64,000 nucleotides of DNA, taken from contig CAZKAF010000001.1 of assembly GCA_964550955.1 (NCBI GenBank), positions 99,951 to 163,950 of the forward strand, read 5' to 3'. Positions 9,561 through 19,500 of this stretch are shown piece by piece (position 1 is the stretch's first letter; each line of letters opens with the position of its first letter). The notes below the pieces were generated by a model. That model was not told the DNA's origin. It saw nothing but the letters and a program-made list of their open reading frames with translations, and did no database searches. Origin of the DNA: an uncultured Candidatus Saccharibacteria bacterium. GTDB taxonomy: Bacteria > Patescibacteriota > Minisyncoccia > Phycocordibacterales > CAIZLB01. The translations under genes and the position numbers were made by a program.

Positions 9561-10126
9561 TGTTACTAAATAATTCCATGAACGAAACCTCCGCAAAAAT
9601 AAATATGAAAACGGACATCGACCCTGAAATCCCGACATTCGGCATTCCGCGCGAGAATGAGGAGCGGCGGGACGGAGGCTGCGGAATCGTGTTTGACCCG
9701 AAGACCGGCCTGTATGCCGTCGGCAAGCAGCATGAGAACGGATCGTTCAGGCTCTTTTCCGGAGGAGTGAGCGAGGACGAGGACATTCGGGAAGGCATCC
9801 TGAGGGAGGTGGTCGAGGAGAGCGGGCTGCATGACTTCGAATACGTGGAGAGAATCGGGCAGGCGTTCACGCATTATTTCAACACCCTGCGGAAGGTAAA
9901 TCGCGTGGCGCTCGCCACATGCTTCCTGGTGATTCTCAAGAGCGCGAGTCTCAAGCCGGTCGAGCTCGAGGAGCATGAGAAATTCTCCCTGGTCTGGGCG
10001 ACCGAGGAAGAGATTCTGGCCGACTGGAATGCGAGGAATGAAGACAAGGATAACGACCATTGGATTCATTTCATGGAGAAATGCTCGAGGCGCATCAGGG
10101 AGCTGGGGTATTGCAAGCAAATTTGA
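9560..10126 (+). CDS. NUDIX hydrolase
   Basis: Nudix box GGVSEDEDIREGILREVVEESGL. Alternative starts at 9578 or 9605. Confidence 0.75.
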   Translation: MLLNNSMNETSAKINMKTDIDPEIPTFGIPRENEERRDGGCGIVFDPKTGLYAVGKQHENGSFRLFSGGVSEDEDIREGILREVVEESGLHDFEYVERIGQAFTHYFNTLRKVNRVALATCFLVILKSASLKPVELEEHEKFSLVWATEEEILADWNARNEDKDNDHWIHFMEKCSRRIRELGYCKQI

Positions 10127-10138
10127 TACAATTAATTC

Positions 10139-10342
10139 ATGAAAGAAATAAAATACATTCTTGGTATCGGAGTCGTCTTATCAATAGTCGATGTCGCCGC
10201 GCTCGGCGTGCTTAAAGTCGTAAACTCGACGACGGGAGAAGCGTTCTATCGCCAGGTTGCCGAGTCTTTGAGCGTCATCGGCATAATCGTATTGGCCGCG
10301 CTGATCATCGCCTTGATAGTAAGGGCCTTCGCGTCAAAATAG
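10139..10342 (+). CDS. small membrane protein
   Basis: 67 aa with two hydrophobic helices. Confidence 0.4.
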   Translation: MKEIKYILGIGVVLSIVDVAALGVLKVVNSTTGEAFYRQVAESLSVIGIIVLAALIIALIVRAFASK

Positions 10343-10586
10343 GATTCCATGGAGTGCCTGACTGGGAAATATGCCGAGCCTGGCCGCATGCATTAGGAGA
10401 GCCGATTTCCCCCAAGCCGATGACTCAAAATTTTTCTCCGATTCAAAATCACATACTTTCTAAGCTGAAGAACGCGAAAGCGATGCGGTATAGCGATAAC
10501 CCTGTCGCGCTTTTAATGTTGAAGCATATAAAAACCCCGTCCAGCCGAGCTGCTGGACGGGGAATCTTCTCGCTGCTTGCAACGCG

Positions 10587-11303
10587 CTATTTTGCGTCCT
10601 GCTTTGCCGCGCCTGCTTCGATCAGCTCTGCCAGGCGAACGTAGTCGATGGCAAAGTGACCGTGAATCATTGATGCTGCCAGCTGCCGGGCGATGCGCGT
10701 CTGCACGGTATCGAGAACCTGCGTCTGCTCGATGTCCGGATAGCCTTTCATGCACATCAGCAGCTCCCGAGCCGCATCTTGCGCGATCCTCTTGAACATT
10801 CCCTCGTCAATTGCCGTCTTGACGGCGGCGTCGAGATCGCTGGCAAGTTCCAGGAATTTCCACCAGTCCCTCTTCAGGTCTTCCGAGGGCCGACGATGGG
10901 AGGCGTGATATGCGACGTTGGTCATTATCCGGGCAAGCACCCAGTTTCGGTCGTTGCCGGCGCTTGCGGGGCCAGCCTTGGCAGCTTGAAGCAAGTCCAG
11001 GCACGTCTTCATCCTTGAGGCGCTATGGACGCTCGGGCTGTATGAAACGGCAGTTTCCCATGCATTGAGCAGGGTTGCCGCTGACTTTTTCATATGGATG
11101 TCGGTCCATGATCCCATTGCGGCGGCTTCAAGAATGGTCCTTTTCAGGATTTCTGCCGCCTCCGCGTCTCCGTTCGCGTCTTTGATAAGCGCGTAGATAA
11201 AGATGAGGGCCTTTTCGTGACACCATTTCGCGGCCTCGCTCCGGAAGATCGGTTCTTCTTGAGAAGCGCCGTCGTCTGCGGTTCCTGTCTTGTTCGTGTT
11301 CAT
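10587..11303 (-). CDS. hypothetical protein
   Basis: 238-aa ORF, alpha-helical composition; no family recognised. Confidence 0.45.
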   Translation of the reverse strand: MNTNKTGTADDGASQEEPIFRSEAAKWCHEKALIFIYALIKDANGDAEAAEILKRTILEAAAMGSWTDIHMKKSAATLLNAWETAVSYSPSVHSASRMKTCLDLLQAAKAGPASAGNDRNWVLARIMTNVAYHASHRRPSEDLKRDWWKFLELASDLDAAVKTAIDEGMFKRIAQDAARELLMCMKGYPDIEQTQVLDTVQTRIARQLAASMIHGHFAIDYVRLAELIEAGAAKQDAK

Positions 11304-11542
11304 GTCGTGTTAGGTACTGCTCATTCCCTTGGGAATGTCTCCGGCCGACAGCCCTTGGGCGTCCGCGAGAGAGGTTTCGGGGCAGGCAATGGCGCCTGCT
11401 TGTCCGGGTCATATGGTACTTTGGATATAAATTGAGTCAACTGTATAATTAGGGCACCGCGGCCCGGGCGCGGCTGACAGAATATGGTGCAAGCACGGGC
11501 GCAGGGCTGGCAGAGCGCGGGCGCATTTAATCAAATAATCTT

Positions 11543-12022
11543 TTGCTCAACATGAACAACATCATCGAAACGACAATTTCCTCGCGGACGTATATCGTCT
11601 GGAGAAAGGAAATCGCCATCAGCGAGGTTTCCAACAAGGAGATGTGGGCCACGGCATTCGGCAAGGTGAACGACTATATCCAAAAGAACGGCATCGAGTG
11701 CAACGGCCCGGGCGTCGGCCTGTATTTTTCCTGGGATCAGCCGAAAGGCTACGCGGACTTCGCGATCGGCATGGCGGTTGCCGGAGTGACTGAAGTTTCC
11801 GATCCCGAGCTGTCAGTGGTCGTAGTGGCCGAATCGAAAGCATCTCAGATGACGGTCAAGGGCGACTATCGGCAGCTCATGGACGCGCACATGAAGATGG
11901 TCGTGTACACCAACGAGAGAAACATCGATTCTCCTCTTACTATCGAAGAATACACCATAACCGGCATGCAGAAGCCGAATCCTGAAGAATGGGAGACCAA
12001 CCTGTATTATCTGCACGCGTAA
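11543..12022 (+). CDS. GyrI-like / AraC effector-binding-domain-like small protein
   Basis: About 155 aa; size and pattern are typical of GyrI-like small-molecule-binding proteins; weak. Confidence 0.4.
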   Translation: MLNMNNIIETTISSRTYIVWRKEIAISEVSNKEMWATAFGKVNDYIQKNGIECNGPGVGLYFSWDQPKGYADFAIGMAVAGVTEVSDPELSVVVVAESKASQMTVKGDYRQLMDAHMKMVVYTNERNIDSPLTIEEYTITGMQKPNPEEWETNLYYLHA

Positions 12023-12027
12023 CGAAC

Positions 12028-12702
12028 ATGACCAATTTTCATAAAGCCTTGATCGTCATCGCCATCCTGCTCATGACCGTCGGCGTTTCTGCATACATAA
12101 TGCGAAGCGGTCCTGGCGGCTCGTTTCCTATTTTGCCCGAATCCTCCTCCTCGTCGGAACCTGCTCTTTCGTGGGTCTCTGCCGAAGCCGGCGGGCGGAT
12201 TCCGGGCGAAGAGCCCGGCGTCGAATGCCGCGATTCTTCAAAATATTTTGTCGTGCAGAAAGATGTCGCGGATTCCGTCGGCTCGGATATTCTCGTGAAA
12301 TACAAATCAAATCCGAATGAAAATTTTTCGTGCATATATGCGGCAAGAGAAGATGATTTTGAAATAAAGAATGCTTCGGCCGAATATTTTTTAGCTTTGT
12401 CAGGCAATTTCCTGATGCTCGACAGCGGCACCGCGCCGGAACCGCGCGAGCTCATCGTCTATGATCTTGCGGCCAGGAAAATAGTTTTCTCGGACCTGTA
12501 TGCCGGGCCGGTTGAGGCGGAAGGCGGCAAAGTTACATATTTCTCAAAGACTGCCCAGAAACCGACCTTGCTCAACTGTCCGGACTTGGCCGCATACGAG
12601 GCGAACGGTCTCGGGGCGGTCATCATGTCCAGGGTCATGGTCGATTTGTCCCTGCTCAAGAAGGCCGATCTGGGCGCTTTCAAGTGCCTGGCTACGCAGT
12701 AA
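12028..12702 (+). CDS. hypothetical secreted/membrane-anchored protein
   Basis: The N-terminal hydrophobic helix starts at MTNFHKALIVIAILL. ATG 12028 is chosen to avoid overlap with the upstream gene. Confidence 0.45.
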   Translation: MTNFHKALIVIAILLMTVGVSAYIMRSGPGGSFPILPESSSSSEPALSWVSAEAGGRIPGEEPGVECRDSSKYFVVQKDVADSVGSDILVKYKSNPNENFSCIYAAREDDFEIKNASAEYFLALSGNFLMLDSGTAPEPRELIVYDLAARKIVFSDLYAGPVEAEGGKVTYFSKTAQKPTLLNCPDLAAYEANGLGAVIMSRVMVDLSLLKKADLGAFKCLATQ

Positions 12703-12814
12703 GCAAAGCATTTCCGAGAAAGTTGCGCATGCGTGTGCATAAGCGCGACACGAACGGCACCAACTTTAGTATAATGTCTAGCATTAGCACTAAGCATATC
12801 AACCACTCAAAATA

Positions 12815-13855
12815 ATGAACGATACTATTCCTGTCCCTGCAAGCGACATACCGTTGCCAAAAACCCCGGGCTTGACATTTATAAGAATAATCTCGTTCGT
12901 CGCGCTCTTTTTCGCGACGGTCTCGTTCGTCTCCTTCATTTCGGCGGTAGCCGACTCGGTACTTCCTTCTCTGGGCTTCGACGATCTGAATCCGTACGAA
13001 TCAATCAAGGAGAGCCTGCCTCTTTTCATCGCCTCGTTCATTACTCTCATCGCCTCGCTGGTCGTCTTGAGGCACAAGAGGGTCGCGGCGCACAATGTCC
13101 AGTATTCGATCGGCTGGAGAAGGTTTCTATATACGCTCTTCACGATTCTCGGCATATGGCTTCTCGGCGGCCTCATGTATGTCATAGCGGAATGGCTTGA
13201 TGGCGATCTCGCGCTTCGAGTCATATTGAAAGTTGCCGCGTCCTTGGTGCTCATCGCCGTCATTGCCGGATATTACGTCGGCGAGCTGACGGGCACGTGG
13301 GTTCAGAGCGGAAGAAAGCACCTCATGTTTATCGGCGGAGTCAGCCTCGCGGTCGCCGTCGTCATCGTGACCTCTTTCGCGATTATCGGGTCGCCGGCAT
13401 TTCACCGAAATTTGAAAATTGATAGCGACACCCGCTGGAACATCGAGATCCTCAAGAGGATGGTCGAATGCGAATGCATGGAAGGGGAACTGCCTTCCGC
13501 GGAAGAATTTGACGCCCTCGTGTACGACTACGGATATGAGGACTACGTGGCTGACTTGAACGGAAAGGCAATCTCGTACGAAAGGATTTCAAGCAAGGAA
13601 TATCAATTCTGCGCGGCGTTCGCGTTTGACAGCCAGCAGCTCGACGCGCATGCTGCCAAGTACAAGGGGCAGTACAAGTCCGCGGTCAAGTGGGCGTATG
13701 AAAAGAACGGCTGCCAAAAGTTCGAATTGCCCGCAAAGGTTCAGAAGCCGATTACCGTCCTCTTCGATTCGGAAGATGTCGCGGAAGACAGCCCGGTCAT
13801 CCGGACTGGCAGCACGCGGTCTGACGGCGGGACAGCTGAAAATGGCAACGATTAA
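12815..13855 (+). CDS. hypothetical polytopic membrane protein
   Basis: 346 aa, about 6 TM helices plus a soluble C-terminal domain. Confidence 0.5.
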   Translation: MNDTIPVPASDIPLPKTPGLTFIRIISFVALFFATVSFVSFISAVADSVLPSLGFDDLNPYESIKESLPLFIASFITLIASLVVLRHKRVAAHNVQYSIGWRRFLYTLFTILGIWLLGGLMYVIAEWLDGDLALRVILKVAASLVLIAVIAGYYVGELTGTWVQSGRKHLMFIGGVSLAVAVVIVTSFAIIGSPAFHRNLKIDSDTRWNIEILKRMVECECMEGELPSAEEFDALVYDYGYEDYVADLNGKAISYERISSKEYQFCAAFAFDSQQLDAHAAKYKGQYKSAVKWAYEKNGCQKFELPAKVQKPITVLFDSEDVAEDSPVIRTGSTRSDGGTAENGND

Positions 13856-13884
13856 TCCTTCGCAGTCTCTAACTTAAATGCACC

Positions 13885-14337
13885 ATGTCATATCGAGAAA
13901 TAGTCACATACATACAAAATAAAACTGGTCAGGGCATTTCGAAGGATCAGGTTGTCGCCAATCTTAAAAGCGTGGGCTGGGCCGACGCCGACATAGAAAA
14001 GGCATTTCGGCTATGTGCGAGCGCGGGTTCCGCCGAAACTGCCGATGCGGGCCTCGACATGCACCGTTCCCTCGGGACCGTTGCCATAGCTCTCGCCGTG
14101 GGCAGCTGGATGTTCTCGTTTTTCCTGCCGCTTCCCATTGCGGGCATCATCGTCAGCATTCTGGCTCTTAAAAATCCCAAGGATCATACCAAGGCAATCT
14201 GGGGACTGGTGCTCTCATCCGTCAGCCTTCTTATGGGAATCTTGCTGGTCACGGTATTCTTCTGGACGTTTGCGAACTCTTCGGATTTCAAGGATTATCC
14301 ACCTCAGATCAATTACTCGGAGTACGGCGACCATTAA
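13885..14337 (+). CDS. hypothetical membrane protein (DUF4190-like)
   Basis: Soluble N-terminus plus two or three TM helices. Confidence 0.5.
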   Translation: MSYREIVTYIQNKTGQGISKDQVVANLKSVGWADADIEKAFRLCASAGSAETADAGLDMHRSLGTVAIALAVGSWMFSFFLPLPIAGIIVSILALKNPKDHTKAIWGLVLSSVSLLMGILLVTVFFWTFANSSDFKDYPPQINYSEYGDH

Positions 14338-14399
14338 TCCTGATACAATATAAGAGGTTAATGGGAGGTTATCCTTTATAAAGCTAACAAATTTACATT

Positions 14400-14783
14400 A
14401 TGGATATTACACTTTTTATCGCGCAAATTTGGGGACCGATCCTTCTCGCTCTCGGCGTCGGATTCTTTACGAGCCGAAGCTATTACCTGAAGATGTATCA
14501 TAACCTCGAGCAGCATGCGTTCGCGGTGTTCATGTTCGCGATTCTCGCCATCGCCGTCGGCATCATCCAGGTGCAGGCGCACAACGTATGGGGCTCGTTC
14601 ACTCAGGTTGTCATCAGCGTCTTGGGCTGGGGAACTCTCGTGAAGGGAATCATCTTCGCCGTGGCGCCGCGCTTCGTCGATCAGACTGCCGCATGGGAAG
14701 CGGACAAGAAGCTGATTCCTTCCGTAGGCGTGCTCATGATTCTTCTCGGCGCGTTTCTGACATGGGCGGGATATCTGGCCTAG
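14400..14783 (+). CDS. hypothetical small membrane protein
   Basis: 127 aa, four hydrophobic helices. Confidence 0.5.
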   Translation: MDITLFIAQIWGPILLALGVGFFTSRSYYLKMYHNLEQHAFAVFMFAILAIAVGIIQVQAHNVWGSFTQVVISVLGWGTLVKGIIFAVAPRFVDQTAAWEADKKLIPSVGVLMILLGAFLTWAGYLA

Positions 14784-14824
14784 GGCGCCTAGCCTTGGCC
14801 TGAAGCTGAAGCTTTCCGGATAAA

Positions 14825-16069
14825 ATGAATACCAAGCGCAACATCTTTCTCTGGACATTGTACGATTTCGCGAATTCCCTCGTCCAGATAGTCTTCTTCC
14901 TGTATTTCGCGCAATGGATCGTCATCGACCGGGGCATGGAGGACATCTACTTCAACCTGACTTTCACTTTCTCGGCCGTCCTGCTGCTCCTGACCGCTCC
15001 GCTGGTCGGGATACTTCTGGATTCGCATATGCGTCGCATCACGGGGCTCAGGTATTCGACTTTGGCGGTCACCGTTCTGTATGGCCTTTGCGCTTTCTTC
15101 GCGGTCATGGAGCTCGAGATCCATGCCATCATCCTGTTCACGCTCGGCCTGTATGCGTACCTGCTGACTTTTACCTTTTATACTCCCTTGATAAATGACA
15201 TCGCCCGGCCGGAGAAGAGGGGCTTCGTGTCGGGTCTCGGCATCGCGGGCAATTACATAGGCCAATTCGTCGGATTGCTGATCGTCCTTCCGTTCTCGAC
15301 GGGGAAGCTGAGCCTGTTCGGCTCGAGCGCCCGCGCGGAAACGCTGTTGCCTGCGGTCATAATATTCACCGTATGCGCGTTGCCGATGCTTCTTTGGTTT
15401 TACGAGCCGAAGAGGGATGCCGTCAAGATGTCGCTCGGGCAGGGCCTGAAGGAGCTTTCAGCTCAGACCAAAAAGCTTTTCGCGGTGCCCGGGCTTGCCA
15501 TGTTCCTGCTCGCGTATTTCCTGTTCAATGACACGATCCTGACCGCTTCGAACAATTTTCCAATATTCCTTCAGCAAGTTTGGGGCGTGCCCGACACCAT
15601 AAAGACATACGTGCTCATGGGCATCATCGTCACCTCCGGCATAGGAGGCCTCGCGTCGGGCATCATTGCCGACCGGGTCGGTCACAAGAGGACGCTCATG
15701 TACATCGTCGGAGGCTGGATGGTCATACTTCCGCTTCTGGCATTTGTTCAGAATTTCATACTCTTCGTCGTCGTGGCCGTCATCATGGGCTTCTGGTTCG
15801 GATCTCATTGGAGCGTCTCCCGTTCGCTTATGGCGGATATCGCCCCGAGAAAGGGAGGGAATCTCGCCTTCACGTACTTCGGCCTGGTCGAGCGCACGTC
15901 TTCCTTCGTCGGTCCCGTATTTTGGGGCCTCAGCGTCAGGGCGCTGTCGGAAATGGGAAGCCATAAGTATCGCGTGACGGTGGCCTTGCTGACCTTGTTC
16001 ATGGTTGCCGGATTTTTGGCCCTGACGAAAGTGAGCAATCGCAAGACGGAGGAAGAGGCGCAATTGTGA
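14825..16069 (+). CDS. MFS transporter, UMF1/Atg22-like family
   Basis: The N-terminal LYDFANS motif is characteristic; about 12 TM helices. Confidence 0.75.
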   Translation: MNTKRNIFLWTLYDFANSLVQIVFFLYFAQWIVIDRGMEDIYFNLTFTFSAVLLLLTAPLVGILLDSHMRRITGLRYSTLAVTVLYGLCAFFAVMELEIHAIILFTLGLYAYLLTFTFYTPLINDIARPEKRGFVSGLGIAGNYIGQFVGLLIVLPFSTGKLSLFGSSARAETLLPAVIIFTVCALPMLLWFYEPKRDAVKMSLGQGLKELSAQTKKLFAVPGLAMFLLAYFLFNDTILTASNNFPIFLQQVWGVPDTIKTYVLMGIIVTSGIGGLASGIIADRVGHKRTLMYIVGGWMVILPLLAFVQNFILFVVVAVIMGFWFGSHWSVSRSLMADIAPRKGGNLAFTYFGLVERTSSFVGPVFWGLSVRALSEMGSHKYRVTVALLTLFMVAGFLALTKVSNRKTEEEAQL

Positions 16070-16149
16070 TCTGCTGAAGCAATGCCTGCGGACATGATTC
16101 GTCCGCGCAAGGTTGGTCGCGCCGGGGCTGTCCGAGAGCTAGGCGAGAA

Positions 16150-16830
16150 TCAGTCCAGGAGCTTTCGCAGCTTGCCGCAGTTCAGTATGGATATCTTCTT
16201 GCGGACAATCGCGATATGCTTTTCCTTGATCAGCCGTTGCAGGGTGGCGTTCACGCTTTCCCTTGTCGCGTGAAGGAAGTCCGCTATCGTGTCTTGGGTC
16301 AGCGGAACGGCAATCGTGCATCTTGACCCGTCCTCTTTTCCGTAATATTTTGCCATGAACAGGAGCCATCTCGCGCATTTGCCGTACAGGCCTTTCTCGC
16401 CCTGATAGACGATGCGGTCGATGAGCAGGATCTGATTTCGCAGAGTCATGCCGAGGTATTCGCTCATGAGACGGGAGTCGCTTTTCAGGCATGCCAGGAA
16501 TCTTTTTCGCTTCATCCTGAGGATTTTCGACGCCGTCTCGGACGTGTACGAGAGCATCCCATCATAATCTTCCATGAAAGATCCGCTTTGGGCGAATGCC
16601 GCGCCCGGCACGAAGTAGCCGATTATCCTGTCAGTCTTGTCGGGGAAGGAGAACGAGACGCGCACGAGCCCTTCGGCGAGAAAGAAAACCCAGTCGCTCT
16701 GCTCCTTTCTCCAGACCACGTGCTGTCCGCGGCCGTACTCGACGGGCTCTCCGTTCTCCATGAAGAACGATTCAAATTCCCTTGAATACGGAAAAAAGTT
16801 TGACATGCCTACAGTATACTCCGATGGCAT
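16150..16830 (-). CDS. Crp/Fnr-family transcriptional regulator
   Basis: A cNMP-binding beta-roll followed by a C-terminal HTH (TQDTIADFLHATRESVNATLQRL). The real start may be the ATG at 16806. Confidence 0.75.
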   Translation of the reverse strand: MPSEYTVGMSNFFPYSREFESFFMENGEPVEYGRGQHVVWRKEQSDWVFFLAEGLVRVSFSFPDKTDRIIGYFVPGAAFAQSGSFMEDYDGMLSYTSETASKILRMKRKRFLACLKSDSRLMSEYLGMTLRNQILLIDRIVYQGEKGLYGKCARWLLFMAKYYGKEDGSRCTIAVPLTQDTIADFLHATRESVNATLQRLIKEKHIAIVRKKISILNCGKLRKLLD

Positions 16831-16989
16831 ATTTTGTTAAATATTGCACATTTTGAGCAAGGCTGGGATTGTCGCGGCTTATCAGCCCGTCAGCGCCGTT
16901 CGGGGGTGCCGCTGAATTATCCCTGAATTCTTCATGAAATCTCGCCTCTAATTGCGTACAATGATTCAATATACATAAAATATAAAATC

Positions 16990-17424
16990 ATGAATGAAAA
17001 TAGGGCAATAATTGGAATGCTGGCAGTATTGATTCTCGGTCTTGCCGGCGGATATGCTTTGGGCGGCAACAGAGAGCCGGGCCAAGAATACGGGGGCATG
17101 ACGGGGCCGGGCCATGCAATGTCGGAAGGGCGCATGGCGTCCGGCGGCAAGGCGACGGGCAGCTCTCATGGCGAAGACATGGGCATGTCCGAGATGATGG
17201 CGTCGATGAGCGCGGGACTTGAAGGCAAATCGGGAGTCGAGTTTGACAGGGCTTTTTTGAGCGAAATGATCGTTCATCATCAGGGGGCGGTCAAGATGGC
17301 GGAACTCGCATTGAAAAATTCCGGCCGGTCGGAAATAAGGGATTTGGCCGAAGACATCGTGAGCGCCCAAAAGAGGGAAATAGCCGACATGGAGGCATGG
17401 CAAGCCGGCTGGTTTAACGAATAG
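16990..17424 (+). CDS. DUF305 domain protein
   Basis: FDRAFLSEMIVHHQGAVKMA...AQKREIADMEAW matches DUF305; N-terminal TM/signal. Confidence 0.7.
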   Translation: MNENRAIIGMLAVLILGLAGGYALGGNREPGQEYGGMTGPGHAMSEGRMASGGKATGSSHGEDMGMSEMMASMSAGLEGKSGVEFDRAFLSEMIVHHQGAVKMAELALKNSGRSEIRDLAEDIVSAQKREIADMEAWQAGWFNE

Positions 17425-17510
17425 GCGGCCAGGATGCCGTCGCGGCCCCTTACTGGGAGGGCTCGATTCTGCGGATTCTATATTTAACTTAAAATTGCTA
17501 TAATCAACCC

Positions 17511-18098
17511 ATGAAAAACTTAAAGAAAATTTGCTCCATTTTACTTGCATTATCAGTTATCATCGCTCCTGCAGTCGTTCCTTCAGCGGCGTCAGCATGC
17601 AGCTGCATGGCGCAGCCGGACATTAATGACGAGGCTTTGGAGGCGGCAGGCGCCGTGTTCGCGGGAACGTTCATTGGCGCGGATACGAGTCCTGAAAATT
17701 CAAACGTCCTGAGGTTTCAAGTTTCAGAAACATGGAAAGGTCCTAACGATCAGGCAATCGGGCTGAGCACGCCGAAAGACAGCGCCGCTTGCGGATGGAA
17801 TCCCGAAGTAGGCCAGGAATATCTTGTTTACGCATATGAGACGAACAGCGATTCTCGAATCAGCGGCGATGACGCGACGCAGTACGCCATAAACCTGTGC
17901 AGCCGAATGATTCCGATAGCTGACGCCGGAAGCGACCTTGAAAGCTTGGGCGAAGGCCGAATACCGGACGTTCCTTCCGAGTCGGGGGCATCAGCAAGTT
18001 CTGGCTCTGCAGCAAGCGCGCCTCTTGCATATAAGGTCGTCGGAGGAGTGATAGTGATAGCCTTGGCATACGGAATTCTCAGAAATTTCAGGAAATAG
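17511..18098 (+). CDS. secreted, C-terminally TM-anchored protein with TIMP/NTR-like N-terminus (mature N-terminus CSC)
   Basis: The signal peptide ends AASA, followed by CSCMAQPD...FAGTFIG. Compare the TIMP mature N-terminus CSCSPVHPQQAF...VIRAK. Confidence 0.5.
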   Translation: MKNLKKICSILLALSVIIAPAVVPSAASACSCMAQPDINDEALEAAGAVFAGTFIGADTSPENSNVLRFQVSETWKGPNDQAIGLSTPKDSAACGWNPEVGQEYLVYAYETNSDSRISGDDATQYAINLCSRMIPIADAGSDLESLGEGRIPDVPSESGASASSGSAASAPLAYKVVGGVIVIALAYGILRNFRK

Positions 18099-18122
18099 CA
18101 GCGTTTTGGGACATAACATAAC

Positions 18123-18446
18123 ATGAGGGCGCGCGCGACTGGGCGAATGCCGGGAATAATTAGAAAATTTATGGACAAAAATAAAAACAAAATCTGGTTC
18201 AGGAGGAAGCTGTACGGCTGGGGCTGGGTGCCCGTGACATGGCAGGGCTGGCTCGTGACCTTGCTATACGTCGCGCTGATCGTGCTTGCCGGGCTGACCA
18301 TCGACGGCAATTCGCCTCGGTCCGAACTCGCGTTCACGTTCATAATTCCGGTCGCCCTCATTACCGTCGCGCTCGTGCGCATTCTCTACAGGAAAGGCGA
18401 GCCGCCAAGATGGCAATGGGGCAAGGACATCGAGAGGGACAGATAG
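18123..18446 (+). CDS. small membrane protein (DUF5808-like)
   Basis: FRRKLYGWGWVPVTWQGW plus two TM helices. Confidence 0.4.
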   Translation: MRARATGRMPGIIRKFMDKNKNKIWFRRKLYGWGWVPVTWQGWLVTLLYVALIVLAGLTIDGNSPRSELAFTFIIPVALITVALVRILYRKGEPPRWQWGKDIERDR

Positions 18447-18519
18447 CATCGCCTTCCGGGCTTTCATCCGCCGCGCCGCATGGTCTCAAGCAAGGCTTAA
18501 GCGGCTTAAGCAAACATTC

Positions 18520-18771
18520 ATGTCCTTTTTCACTTACATTTTAAAATGCGCGGACGGGACGCTCTATGTCGGCTCGACCAATGACATTGAAAAGCGCCTG
18601 CATCAGCACAATAACCTGAAAGGCGGCGCCCATTACACCAAGATTCGAAGGCCGGTCGAGCTGGTTTATTCGGAAGCGCTCGGCACATTCAGGGAGGCCC
18701 GGCAAAGGGAAGCTGAAATCAAGAAGTGGGGCAGGGAAAGGAAGCTGGCGTTATTCAGCGGTCTTCAATAG
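18520..18771 (+). CDS. GIY-YIG nuclease family protein (YhbQ/UPF0213-like)
   Basis: YILKCADGTLYVGSTNDIEKRLHQHN. Confidence 0.8.
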   Translation: MSFFTYILKCADGTLYVGSTNDIEKRLHQHNNLKGGAHYTKIRRPVELVYSEALGTFREARQREAEIKKWGRERKLALFSGLQ

Positions 18772-18869
18772 CGGGACATGCCGGATATCGCGAGGCTGGG
18801 CGCATGCGGCGGCCGGCAATGGACTTTTTTCCCGCACGGTGTATCATCGAGGCAGAAAGGAGTTTTTTG

Positions 18870-19295
18870 ATGAATATTTTGTGCATATACAACGACGAAG
18901 AAGAAAGTTTTTTGGCCACGCATCCGGAAGATGAGCTTGATGATCACGCGATTTACGTCGCTGCGAATTTCAAGGAGGCTGAGCGCCTGATTCAGAATGC
19001 CGGTTCGTTTCCTCCATTCGGCGCGGTGCTCGCGGACGCTTGGATCCCTTCCGGCCTGAACAATGGAAAGAACCGGTGGGCAAGGGACCTTGAGCCGCTT
19101 GCTTTCAGGAGCCTGATTCAGGGCTTCGGAGTATTTCTGCCCGACCATTACGAGGGGGAATACGAATGCCGCCGCACCGTCGATGACTATCATGCCGTGG
19201 TGGTTGACGCTTCTTGCATGACCGTGACGGGCAAGAGGGACTGGCAGGCATTGCTGGGGAAAGTGCTCGACACCATCGACACGATTCCCGGCTGA
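18870..19295 (+). CDS. hypothetical protein
   Basis: ATG at 18870 is preceded by GAAAGGAG at the expected distance. The track ORF starts earlier (18726) and would overlap the GIY-YIG gene. Confidence 0.4.
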   Translation: MNILCIYNDEEESFLATHPEDELDDHAIYVAANFKEAERLIQNAGSFPPFGAVLADAWIPSGLNNGKNRWARDLEPLAFRSLIQGFGVFLPDHYEGEYECRRTVDDYHAVVVDASCMTVTGKRDWQALLGKVLDTIDTIPG

Positions 19296-19397
19296 ACCTC
19301 CTGCCGGATGATGCTGCGGCAAATTAAGCCTCAAGCCCGAAGCTCTTCCGCTGCGCTTCTGCTCGTGCCTGTGCCAAGTTCTCGCCTCGCGAGAAAA

Positions 19398-19434
19398 TTA
19401 AAACCGTCCCCAGAATTGGGCGACGGTTTTTTTT
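19398..19434. terminator. bidirectional rho-independent terminator between convergent genes
   Basis: A-run, then CCGTCCCC...GGGCGACGG hairpin, then T8. Confidence 0.6.
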
Positions 19435-19500
19435 AATTATTGCGCCGCTGCGCGAAACGGCGCTCATTTTCCAGTTCCAAAATTTCTGACACCCCGTTTC

